Source: Camelus dromedarius
Lineage: Eukaryota
Assembly: GCF_036321535.1 (NCBI RefSeq)
Contig: NC_087437.1
Span: forward strand, 97,652,001 to 97,716,000
DNA: 64,000 nt
Reading direction: 5' to 3'
Positions 41,248 to 52,649 of this stretch are shown one piece after another (within the stretch, counting starts at the first letter, position 1; each line of letters starts with the position of its first letter). The notes below the pieces were generated by a model that worked only from the letters and a program-made list of their open reading frames with translations, did no database searches and was not told the origin of the DNA. The position numbers and the translations under genes are program-made.

Positions 41248-41500
41248 CATTCTATGTTTTTCCATCTCAGGGTGACTTTTGGTGTTGGAAGCTTGACGTA
41301 TAACAACCCATAGTTCAAAATTGTCGGTCATTTTGCCCCAAACTGCTTCTCTCCTTGTTGAGTTACACCTCCAGGCAACGGCTCAGCGGGTCGGCTTAAA
41401 CCCCAGTTTACCAATCGTGCATATCCACTGAACCCTCATCACAGGCAACGTCAATCACAACCAATCAAGAACACGCCAAAAGCTGGAGTTCTCGACTTTC
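41248..41500 (-). promoter_or_regulatory. Putative promoter and first exon of an unidentified minus-strand transcript
   Basis: Local CpG enrichment; CCAAT at 41411 and 41461; CAGGCAACG twice (41372, 41442; RFX half-site-like); CAACGG MYB site at 41376; CRE half-sites at 41294 and 41448; strong-Kozak ATG at 41265 (gagATGG) and donor ATG|gtgagt at 41248. Confidence 0.55.
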
Positions 41501-41747
41501 TCAACTACCTGGTTTTCTGCCATAGCGATGGCTACAAATAGGAATTTGGATCTGGAAAAGCTAATATGTAGGCAATGCCCAATAGAGAAAAAACAGGGTT
41601 TTTTTTCAGTTTCAAATACATGATATCATCAGGGCCACACATCTGGGACAAAACCATGCTTATAATAAAGACGCTAAAAATATCTGAACAACAATGGTGA
41701 CTAATTTTACACAGGAATTTATTTTTTTTAACACATTGCTTCCCTTC

Positions 41748-42289
41748 TGAAACCGTGGGTTAAATCCATTTCACCTACCTCCTCCAATCAAGGCCGTTTT
41801 AAGACTTGCAAGTCCGTTAAGCCGCAGGTAGCTCAAACAATAAGACATTTTGCTTGAATTATTTTCCAGAAACCTGGAGTCGGTTGCGGCTAGTTGGAGC
41901 CGAGCTGGCTAAGACCAGACAGGACCACGGGCCCTTCAACTGCGCATGCGCCCTGACCTTTCTCCTCAGAGGGCCGAAGACTCCGCCCTCCAACCTAAGA
42001 GGCCAATAGCCTAGTGACGCCTGCTCAGAATCATTACCGTAGGGATTACCGCACCTTTTTCCAATCAGCTTTCCCGCTCTCCCCGCACCTCAGAGCTCCC
42101 TGCTTCTTTTTGCTTTATCTCAAAAATACCTAGAGCCCTGCACGTTTGGGGAGGCACATTTGAGATTCTTTCTGCCATCTTCTCGCTTGGTTGCCTTGCA
42201 GATAAGCCCTTTGTTTGCTGCAAACCTCAGCCGCTGGACATTTTGGCTTCTCGTCCGACATCAAGCAAAACGAACCTGGCTTGGTAACA
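41748..42289 (+). mobile_element. ERV1-class solo LTR, about 540 bp
   Basis: TG...CA termini ('tgaaaccg' and 'aacgaacctggcttggtaaca'); 4-bp TSD cttc/cttt; U5-like 'ggggaggcacatttgaga...gctgcaaacctcag'. Confidence 0.8.
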
Positions 42290-43216
42290 CTTTGGTCTTG
42301 AATTTTATACTTTGTAGACTATGATGCTATCTTTTTAAACAAAATGTGATTTTTTAAATAAAGCAGGAATAGAAAATATGCTACAGTATTTATATCATGA
42401 AAGCTGCAGGAAGGCTATCTGTATGTCTCTCTTAAGCTTCCGTCATCCACCTACCTGATGGCCACTTATCCAAGTTGAATTCTAAATATAAAAAAAAAGT
42501 CCATAAAATTTGTGTTGTATTGGCCTTACAAGCCTTCAAGCCTAAATCTATAAAATTAGTAGATGCTTCCTAATTACTCACAATTTGCTCTGCGTAATCA
42601 AAACAGATGGATTATAAAGATGATTCCATGATAAACAACTAAATGTGATTACTACCTTCTGTGCTTTCTTGGTTCATGTTTTTATTGTTTTTTTTTTCTT
42701 TATAAGCAGGTAATATTTTTCTATAGCAGTGTAAATTTTGCAGCTGCACTGGAAATGTCATACTTTTTTTTTCTTTTCTGTGGGTGTCTTTTTTAAAAGT
42801 AGAGGAAAACAGGAAAGGCTGTTATTAGAAACAGTAAAGAAAAATAAAGCTTGTAAAGGAAGGAAGATGAGAGTTACTTGAAAACAAATTCTTGAGAAAT
42901 AGGGGAGCTAGTTAAGGTTCTTTTTCAGTGTTTCCTACTTGTTCATTTCATAGAAGACATTTATTGATAGCAGAAAAGAAGAATTAAAAAAAAAACCTAG
43001 GTTCAGTGAGACTGACGATTTCATGAAGGCGTAGCGAAAGATGCACCTTTTTCAACGTTAGTCAGCCTGGTGTGTATGTGCACGATGTGGAGAAAAATTA
43101 ATACACATTGTTGGATGAGTGATCAAGTCGTGATTTCCAGAATAGAATCATACAGTGATTCATTTTCCTCTTGAGATTTCATTATCTTTGTATCAAAAGT
43201 TGAATTCAAAGGGGAT

Positions 43217-43222
<6 letters not shown>

Positions 43223-43262
<40 letters not shown>
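43223..43262. repeat. (TA)20 microsatellite
   Basis: Direct reading. Confidence 0.97.
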
Positions 43263-43264
<2 letters not shown>

Positions 43265-43554
43265 CTTCTTAAAATTAAAAATCAACATAAGCCTGTTACA
43301 GATAAAGTTGCTTCACAGTCAATACTAAAGAACATCATAGATTTAAATAGTGTCAACATTGTTAAAATAATATTATCTAATATTGGATGTATAATGTGAC
43401 ATTGTAGAAAGTGTTTTTTTAACATGCAAATTGATCATTAAATAATTACCATGGGATAATTTTGCAGGTAAAATGAAAGAAATTACATGATGGGTCAAGG
43501 CAGAATGTCTCTGTTCAAATTACATGATCTTTAACAAAATAATTATCTCAAATA

Positions 43555-43967
43555 TCTGTATTCCCATGAGCACAAAAAAAGAGCATTCTCAAATTAAGAT
43601 AACTTAAAATTTTGTTTACAAAGAGACTACTTACAAAGGTGTGGGAGACAGGAGTAGAGGCATAACTTACCACAGTAAGTAACACAATAACTCTGGGTTA
43701 GTAGTAGCAGAGAGTCATGGGGAAGAAGCCTCTTTGAGACAAGAAGGGAACATGACCTTCTTATGAGAGACACAGATTGTCCAAGGAGACCTCCTAGGAA
43801 GGGAGCTTGTGGAATAACCCCTGACCCCTCTCTTCTCCTTCTCTCGGAAGCTAAAGAGCAAGGTAGCCTACTGATCTATTCAATACACGCCATTCTGTTT
43901 GGATAGAAGGGAGGTAAATGGTGGAGTACAACTGAGGATGAGGGGCAAACAGAATATGTATATCACA
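43555..43967 (-). mobile_element. ERVL solo LTR, LTR33-like
   Basis: 'gagactacttacaaaggtgtggg', 'ctctgggttagtagtagcag', 'gaggggcaaacagaatatgtatatcaca'. Confidence 0.65.
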
Positions 43968-46900
43968 GGTGCCAGCCCAGATCAATCATGTCAACAATGG
44001 GGATGGCAGTTTCAGTGTTTTTCTCCAGTGAAACTCACATGCATCTATATTGCTTTGTATCTGCAGTGATTCCAGATATGGGTGCAGACATGAAAATTTT
44101 ATTACCTTCCATTGTACTTAAGTATGTAAATATGTACTTAAATATGTACGGCTTTGGTACAACACAGTTTTATTATAAATTGATTTAAAATTATTTCTCA
44201 CTTATATTAGTTGGTACATTATTTTTTTTAGTGACTTGAATACATACAATAGGTCCTCACTAACATTTTGGAGCAGTGGAGGGACCATTTAAGAATTTGT
44301 TATGAACTGGAGAAACTGGGTCAGACAGAGCTGAGAACCATTGACTTAGATCTGTCACTATTCATTCTAGGGCTGAGGAGGGCTCCTTGAAGCACAGGGT
44401 GTCCAAGTCCTATATAAAATGGGAGTTCTGTTAACCAGAGGAATAGAGAATGCCTCTGATGGGAATAGCAAGTGTATCTTATATGGCTTATAACACTATA
44501 CACGGTCTAATAATTGAATATTTAAAAATTAAAGCCCCATAGTATAAAAGACATCTGTTAACTACTTTAAGACAGATATGGTCCCTGTTTTCAAGTAGTT
44601 GGCAGTGTGAATCCTGAAGAAAAATAATAGGTCTTTTGAAGAACATTAAACAGAAGATAATGTAAGAAAGTCTTCTCCGTAAGACTGCAATGTGAGCTTT
44701 CTGTGTTTGCTGTTAAGAATACATTCACATGATCTAATAACTAACAGAACATAAAGCAGCCTAAAGGATAGCTTATTATTTTATTTGCCAACCAACATCA
44801 ATTTCTAGATCAAAATTCAACCCTCCTTTCCTCAGGAATCAGTCCTGGGAGGAACAGAGACAAAGGGCAGTTGTAGTCCCACAATACTTTGGAAATATCC
44901 AGATTGTCAGTGTCTAAAGCCTACTTTTTTTTTTTTTCCTCTGTAACGATGCCATTGAGGTTAGCTTGGCATGACTGACTCATTTAGTGAATCTCTGCTG
45001 CCAGCTTTTTATCCTAAGTGCTCTCAAAACACCTATTTAATGGACCTTCCTGAAACTGAGCTCAGAATCAATATGAAGCTCATTGATGGAGCATTTTTGG
45101 AATTCACGATCTGCATCTTTACTAAACCTGAGATAGTTAAGTGTCTTCAGAGTTCCAGCATCTCAACCCCTCTCCATGAGTCTCTCAAAAGCATAAACAT
45201 TTTTTCCACTAGGATTCCTAGAAGACTTTTTGATAGTGTATTTATCTGACACCTACATTCTCATTGCTATAAAAGAGTTCAACTCTATCTTTCCCCAACC
45301 TAATCTCACAATTACACATTTTTGGATCATCATTGAGGGCCTTATTCTTAATACCAAAGATCTTTTCTTTTATAAATTTTATTCTTAGAAAAACTTCTAG
45401 CTTCTCTATGAATTTAACTAAAATCCTTTACTTGTGCTATTACTAGAAATATGTAATATATTGAAAACTAGAAACTGTCTTATTTCCTGATTAATTTGGG
45501 AATGGGAATATGTTTTCTAAACTAGGCAAAGGTCTTGATTTCTCATGCAAAAATAGAGGTAGATTCAAGCAGTCAGGCTCTGAGATTCTGAGAAACTTGA
45601 CACAAGTTGGCTTTGAGTAGTTCTAGTTTCTAAATTATAACACAGGCATATAAACATGACAGAAAATCAACTGATAACTTGGTAAACCTACCTTCACCAT
45701 ATCTAAAGGAAATGACGTATACATGTGCCTGGGCTCACAGAGCAAGAAGTTTAGCTTGCTTGGATGTCACTAATGAAGCCTTTTTGTAATTATTCATACA
45801 ATTCTAATGCATTTAAGCCACCTTGAGAGTAGCACCCATGGGGGAAAGAACATATGGAAAGCTAATTGTTTTTTGATTTGGCATTCCTCTGGATTAAACT
45901 TAGCACTGTATTTAAACTCTCTGCTTTCGCAGGTCATATGTGATAGACTTTCCAGCTGTACGTCCAGATCTACTTCCACAGGAAGGGCTGGAGAGCCCTA
46001 CACCCAACAGGGATTCTCTGCTTGATACTGTTAGCTACAGCAGCTTCTGAAGGTGTGTCCAAACAATGTGCTTCTAGATTCTTATTGTTCACCCAAGTAT
46101 GGCTTAAAAATCCTATTCATTTATGCCATTTGTAAAGCTAAACTAAGAGGTCACAAGTCTAGCGTTCACAGACATCAGATTCTGACAAAAAATAATTTTG
46201 TGTAGTTCAAAGGATATTTTTTCTTACTTATTTTATCCTTGTGCACACAGTCATAATGCTGTTTTGCTAACTGCCCTCTGGGCGCAAAGTCATACCAATC
46301 ACAAGTCCATACCCTAAAGAGAGATGTTTATTACTCTGCTATGAATTCCATCTCCTATTATGCTTTAAAGATGCACAAACTTAAACCATTACTATGTAGA
46401 TGACATTTCCAGCAAGCCCCCAAATAACATTTTATGAGATTTCAAATGCCATGATTATGAAACAGTAGAAGATTTAAGGAGGTAAAGGAAAGCACAATAT
46501 ATGTGTAGAAGATATTAAAACACAAATTTGCAATTATGAAAGCATATAATAAGTAGCAAGCTTTGTTCTAAATACCAATTAAATCACAACCAGAACACAG
46601 GGAATAAAAGTGAATATTAAGCCATTGTACCAACAATAACATAGCTCTCTCCTACATGAAGGAATTTAGCATTTACTAAGGAAAGTATAAAATAAGATGC
46701 CTTTAAGAATTCTTCCAAACTTAAAAAAAATGCTTAAACTATTGAGGAGACTTAAAAATCTTTGGCCAAAAAACACTAAAAAGCAAAATAATTATTAGTC
46801 AACAACTAAATAACTACACTTATTAACTTCATATTAATGTGTTGAACACTATTAAGCATGAACATTCCATTCATCCATTAATCAAAACATACTTAGCATC

Positions 46901-47149
46901 AACCATACACAACATTGATACACCATTGAGCAAATAAAAGCTTGCCACTTTCCGGTTCCTTCCAAAGTCTTCATGTGTTATGTCATGGAATCATTACAAT
47001 AAATCTATGAGGTATATACTGACTTTCATTTTACAAAGAAGGAAATCAAGGTATTTATAGTGAGTTATAATAACATCCAGATAATGAGTGGCATTGTTGA
47101 GACTTGAAGTCATCAACTAGTAGAGTTTAATTTAGGAAAGAAGTACAAA

Positions 47150-47390
47150 TGATGGTTAAAAGCATGGGCTTTGGATTCAAATTCTAGCTCATCCCCTTAG
47201 TAGCTGTGTGATTTGGGGGAAAGGCTCCTTAGTCTATGCCTTAGTTTTAACATATGCATCAATTTGTGCCTCTTTTTTGAGATGATATGGCTCTTGATAA
47301 AGATTAGCCATCTTGTACAATCTTTTTTAACTTGAACAGTTCGTGGCCAGATAGAAATCAATGTCAATATGGATAAATGCTTATAAAGGC
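47150..47390 (+). mobile_element. MIR SINE
   Basis: 'tggttaaaagcatgggctttggattcaaattctagctc...tagctgtgtgatttggggga...ctatgccttagtttt'. Confidence 0.8.
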
Positions 47391-48439
47391 GCGGGAAGAA
47401 ATATAAAACCATATAAACAACTCCATTTTACTGGAAACCATATTTGAAAGCTGTGTTAAATTGAGAAGGGGAAAGGAAAGCCTCTAAGGATGAGATCACA
47501 ATGGTGTATCAGTGACTGGAAACTGATGAGGCTTGTCTGGAATATTCTCTTGGAGACCCTGAGACTTAAAAGTTTTGACAAAGGAAAAAAGATGATTGAA
47601 TAGTGTTGAGAAAAGACAATTTATGAAGTCAGCAGATATGACAATCAGTAACAAGAAAGACAAATGCAGTAAAGGAAAACAGTATAAAATAATAACGTGC
47701 TTGCAGTGCTTTATAAAGGGTAGCACATGTAAAATCTGCTACGTGTAAGTTATGATTACAACATTATTTCCTGGCCGATACAACTACAGATATATGTCAC
47801 GTGGCCATGTGGTCAATTTCCCATGCCTCAGAATACCAGTAACATCCAATCAAAGCTTAGCAGAACTTTATAGCTAGGGTGAAATTGAATGTCTTCAAGC
47901 AAGACTTTTAAAATTTAAAAATCTATTGTTAGTGAGTAAAGTGATGGTTACCATCAACACCTTTACCTTTAGTGGGATGTTCTCACATCACATTGCAATG
48001 TTAACTATATCTTTTCTCACATTCCGGATTTATTCCTTCTTCTCAGTGCAGAAATCCAGACCATCAGCCCCTTGCTTGCTCTTCCGTTTAATCCTGAGTT
48101 CTGTTTATCCTGTATCAGCCTTCTTCCCCAGTGCAACACCCTACCTGTACTGTTAGCACTGACTATGGTTCCTGGGCTCTGTTACCTACTCAATTCTCTG
48201 AGCTATGCCTTCAAGTATTTCTCTCTAAACTTCACCTCTAAGCACCTAGGATCAAGTTTTTGCCTTTTGAATGTATTTTCCCAGTGTTTCAAGTATCCCC
48301 ATCACCTCTTCTACTCTTGCTTTTCATCTACAGATGCCAAATTCATTGACCCTCTCCTGTTTATCACATTTTTTTTTTACATACTCCAAGCCTTTATGTG
48401 TCCCTACAATATGTATTGTTCCTCAGTCATTATAGCCCT

Positions 48440-49250
48440 ACAGTGTGTTTCTGACAATAGGCCCTGTGTTAGGCATTATAAAAATGGAATAAATCCTGGC
48501 CCCCGCCTATAAGGAGTTAGTTTCCAGCCTAGTGTACTGACAAGCAAGGAAAGTGCAGAATGGTCAGTCTCCAGAAGCTGATGAGCATGTACACAGTTCA
48601 GATTGGGAATATCAAGAAAATTTTTCAAAAGTGGTGATAGAGTGTTGTGATCAGAAGAACAAAAAATTAGCAATAGAAATGGAGGATTATATGGCTGTGA
48701 CAGTCAGGAAAGGACATCTCTTCAAGCCAAGAGAGCTTGGAGGTGAGAGAAGCAGGAGATCGTATAGGAACGTTCATTAGCTCAATATGGTTGGAGAAAA
48801 TGGAATGAAAGGAAAAGCAGAGAAGGCTACAAAGAGAACTAAATTTTATCACAACAGGGTCCATAGAACGTGCTAAGCTATTTGGACTTCTTCATTATGG
48901 CTGTAGGAAGACATAGAACTTCAGGTAAAAGAATGGCATGTTTAGATGTGTGTCTTAGAGCACTCACACAACAGGGTGGAAGATATTTAGAAGGGAGGCA
49001 AAACTTCCAATGACATGAGATGCTGAAATCAGGCACCATCAATGGTGATGGAAAGAAAGGGTTATAGAGAGGTTAAGAGTTGGAAGAGATTGGCTATGGA
49101 GAATAAGTGTACATTGGAGTAGAGGAAAATTTGTTGAGTATGACCCATAGATCTTGGATAAACCAGTGGATGGTGGTAGCTTTCACAAAATATTGAAGTA
49201 ATAGCCAGGGAAGTAAGGAGAAAATTATTGGGAGTGTTATGTTTCCTTTT
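48440..49250 (-). mobile_element. L2 LINE fragment
   Basis: 'aggccctgtgttaggcatt', 'gtgctaagctatttggactt', 'ccagtggatggtggtagctttcac'. Confidence 0.7.
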
Positions 49251-52200
49251 TAGTAGGATCCTAAGCAAAACTTACAGTCAAATACTTGATCTTCTAACTG
49301 ACCGCTACTTACTTTGCTCCCTGAATTAACATACTTTTCTGTCTAGAAAACTGCTTAACACTTTTGGCTGGCAGGCTTCTTGCTGTTACATCTTGGTGTT
49401 ATTTCTGCTAACAGCAGCTGAGCTGTAGATTTACAAGGATGCCTAACTTGTTCTCCATCATATGTACAGTATTTTCTCTTACCTTTGTACACACAGAATG
49501 TATTTAAATATTAACACCAATAACATGAGTGCAAATTTAGGTGTAAATGCCATAAAGATTAAATTGCTGCTTTTTCAAACAGCTGTCATATCCTAAATGC
49601 TGAATTTGATGTGTTTCTAATAACTGGATAGTTTGCTTTAGTCCTTCTGATTTATGACTGTATATGAAGGAGAGACTTTAATACTGTCCTGAAACTTAGA
49701 AAACCAAGAAACATAATAGGAGTGAATGATGATTCAAAGTCTGTACAATTTTACCATAAAGCATAGTACACCTAAGTCAGACTTTATTACTTTAGGGAAT
49801 TACACTTGTCAGTCAATATCCAAAATTTACAATTTCAAAAGTAGAGCATTGGTCTAGGAAAATTACTATGCACGCATTTGAAAAATGGATGGGTCTTCCT
49901 GAGCATAGCAATTCTAATTCCCTTCATCAGTTGTTCCCAAGTGCAATCCCATGGAAAGCACACAGAAGAGCATTATTTGGAAGGACATGTGAAAGAAATA
50001 CATATCCCCAGCTCCCCAACCCAGAAAAGTAGGAAAAAGGTCAAAATCCTGCCCAATCAGACAGAGATACCTCTATCTGTCTCTACTATAGTGTTATCAG
50101 TGAAGGGCTCTAACCATGCCTCTTGGTTACGCCAGTTTGACAATTCAAGTGACTGAAAGATAGACTTTTATAAATGGCACTATTCATATCACATATTAAA
50201 ATAACACTTCCCAAACTAAATGTTGTCTTCTATGTTAAATAGCCAGAAAATCATGATCCAAGCTTAGTCCATATTAACTGCAGAAATATTCAATACCAGT
50301 GCTTGCTCTATTGAAGATTAACAAGAAAGTGCATTTCTTCTAATACAAAATTTTACTTCTTTTGATACCAGGTGGTCTTCATTGCTGCATAGAGAATTCT
50401 AGGATTTATGAGATTCCAGTTAATCAGGAAGCTGCAGCATTTCAAGAGAACAGCCATGAGAGAAGAAAGGAAGTCAACTCTCAGTTCAGGTAGTCAGAAT
50501 TTAGCAAACACCCTTCTTTTGTTGAAGTCATAGTGGGCACATCAGTACTATCATTAAATCTTTCATTATTAGATAATACTATGGGAACTTCATGGGAAAT
50601 GGACACTTTAGTTCCATCACAAATGGAAACAACAAGGTCTTGTTTATGATAAGAATCCCATAAAAGCACGGTTGCAAGATCACAACTGCCAGATATTTAT
50701 TTCATTTAGTATCTCCACTGATCACGGATGGTCTGATCTTAAATCTTTATTTGTTGACCTTTGATCCCATCATTCTGTCAGTTGTTACAGAACCATTTTA
50801 CATTAACTTCTTAACTACTGTTTTGTATAGTGTCACCATTGCCATCCTGAACAACAGAAAATAGGGCTCACTCAATGACGTGATGTAGACCCTGGCCAGG
50901 GAAGCGCTACCCAGACTCCTGCTTAACCTGAACCTGAATAGATTTAAAGTGCTGGTGCTGTTCATGCCTCTTCCTTGGTTTCAAATCTATTGATTTTTTT
51001 TTTCTGGGCTACACCTTCCACTGCCAAAGTTGCTAAATGTATAGAAGATACTAGAAAATACTACTGAATATCAATAACCTCATTTTGTGCCTTTGAGTGT
51101 CCTTACCTATAGTTGTGTGTTCCAATGATCTAATCACTGAACAATATATGCTATCAAACTTCAAAACATGAGACCAAGAAGTATATTTCGTGGTTTGTAA
51201 AATTTGATTAAAATGTTTTTTAAGCTTATACTGTTACAAATGCTGTTATCATTTTTTTATGGTATGTTAGAATAGGCCAATTAGGAAATTACTTTTAATT
51301 TAATTTAATCAGCCTTCTGTAAGTGGTCTAATTAGTTATAGATCACAGTTATATTGGTGGCCATGGGTCTCACAAGAAGGTCTCAAGAGTGTTACTCTAC
51401 CTACAAGGACATGAATGAAGAAACTTATGAAAATCAATCATTAAGAAGGAAGAACTGTGGTAGCCTAGCTTTTCACTTGTAGGATTCAATTAATTTTACC
51501 ATATAATATTTTATCCTGGTAGGATAAATCCAACTGCAAATGTCCTATAGACACTGATGGAGGTAGCTGTTTGGAGCTGAAATTTGCCAACTATCACCCC
51601 TAGAAAATCTGTTGGGATATTTTCAGGAAGCCATAACACCGCCTAAAATCAAACTTATTGCTTTTAACATAAATATAAGTCATTCATCCATAATCAACCA
51701 CTTTCAAGACTTCACTAAATATTCTTTATTGCTTGTTGCACTGGCATGATCTACATAAACAGATGATCCATTGTCTTCTGTGGTGCATTCAGAAAATGCT
51801 ACCTGGTGTAAAGTTAAGATTTGAAATTACCTCCCATCTGATCATTTTCTTATAAAAGCATTTCCACTTAAAGGCTTATTTCTATTTTTTCTTCATTTTC
51901 ACCTCCATCCCATCCTTTGTCTCCTGCCTGTACGACATGATCAGTGCCCTGTAGCATTAACTATTTCTGGAAACCCTTCAACATAAAGATATTACATATA
52001 GAAAAAAAAGCACTTTACTAAACTGTATTTTATTCATAGATGTCTTTACTTACTCACCTATAGACAGCTCTTTATACGTTCCACATGCTATTAATTTATA
52101 TGCAATTTAGAAGAATTTTTTTCAAAATCAAGTTTTACATAATTTAAATTGTATGCTATCTTTACTATACAGTACTTCCACTTGTATTCACAGTTTATAA

Positions 52201-52564
52201 ATTGAAGGAATAGATGTCTGGTTGCACAGGATTTATAATATAAGCACAAAGTTTGCTACAGAAAGCTATCTGCTTTATATATAGGTGTTTAATTACTGTT
52301 TATATGATTTCACATATACCAGTAACTCTGGAGACCTAGACTGGTCAGCAATTATATTAAACAAAAGAAAGAAATGTTGCTCAAATTTCAACAACCAACT
52401 AAACTGAGTAATTTATCCATTTGAATAAAACGGACACTAGACAGCCTTTAAGAATTAAACATGTTTTTAAAAAAATCATATAACCATCAGAGTATGAGGG
52501 AAAAAATAAAATAATCCATTTTAACTTTTACAGTTTTATTAATCAGAGAGTGCTCATATCCTAA

Positions 52565-52649
52565 CTTCATTAGTGTCCTTTGGGGTTAAAAAGAAAACTG
52601 AATTTTCCAAAAAAGTTTTCTTTTTTAACCCTAAAGGACACTAATGAAG
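52565..52649. repeat. Long inverted repeat (35/36-bp arms, 14-nt spacer)
   Basis: Arm 1 is cttcattagtgtcctttggggttaaaaagaaaact; the reverse complement of arm 2 is cttcattagtgtcctttagggttaaaaaagaaaact. Confidence 0.95.

Noticed and set aside
40849..41313. 154-aa + strand ORF
   Set aside because: Starts at GTG, has no recognisable homology, and lies antisense to the putative first exon in a GC-richer patch where stops are rarer
49878..50156. 92-aa ORF with a signal-peptide-like N-terminus
   Set aside because: Starts at TTG, not ATG; no promoter or splice support; no recognisable family
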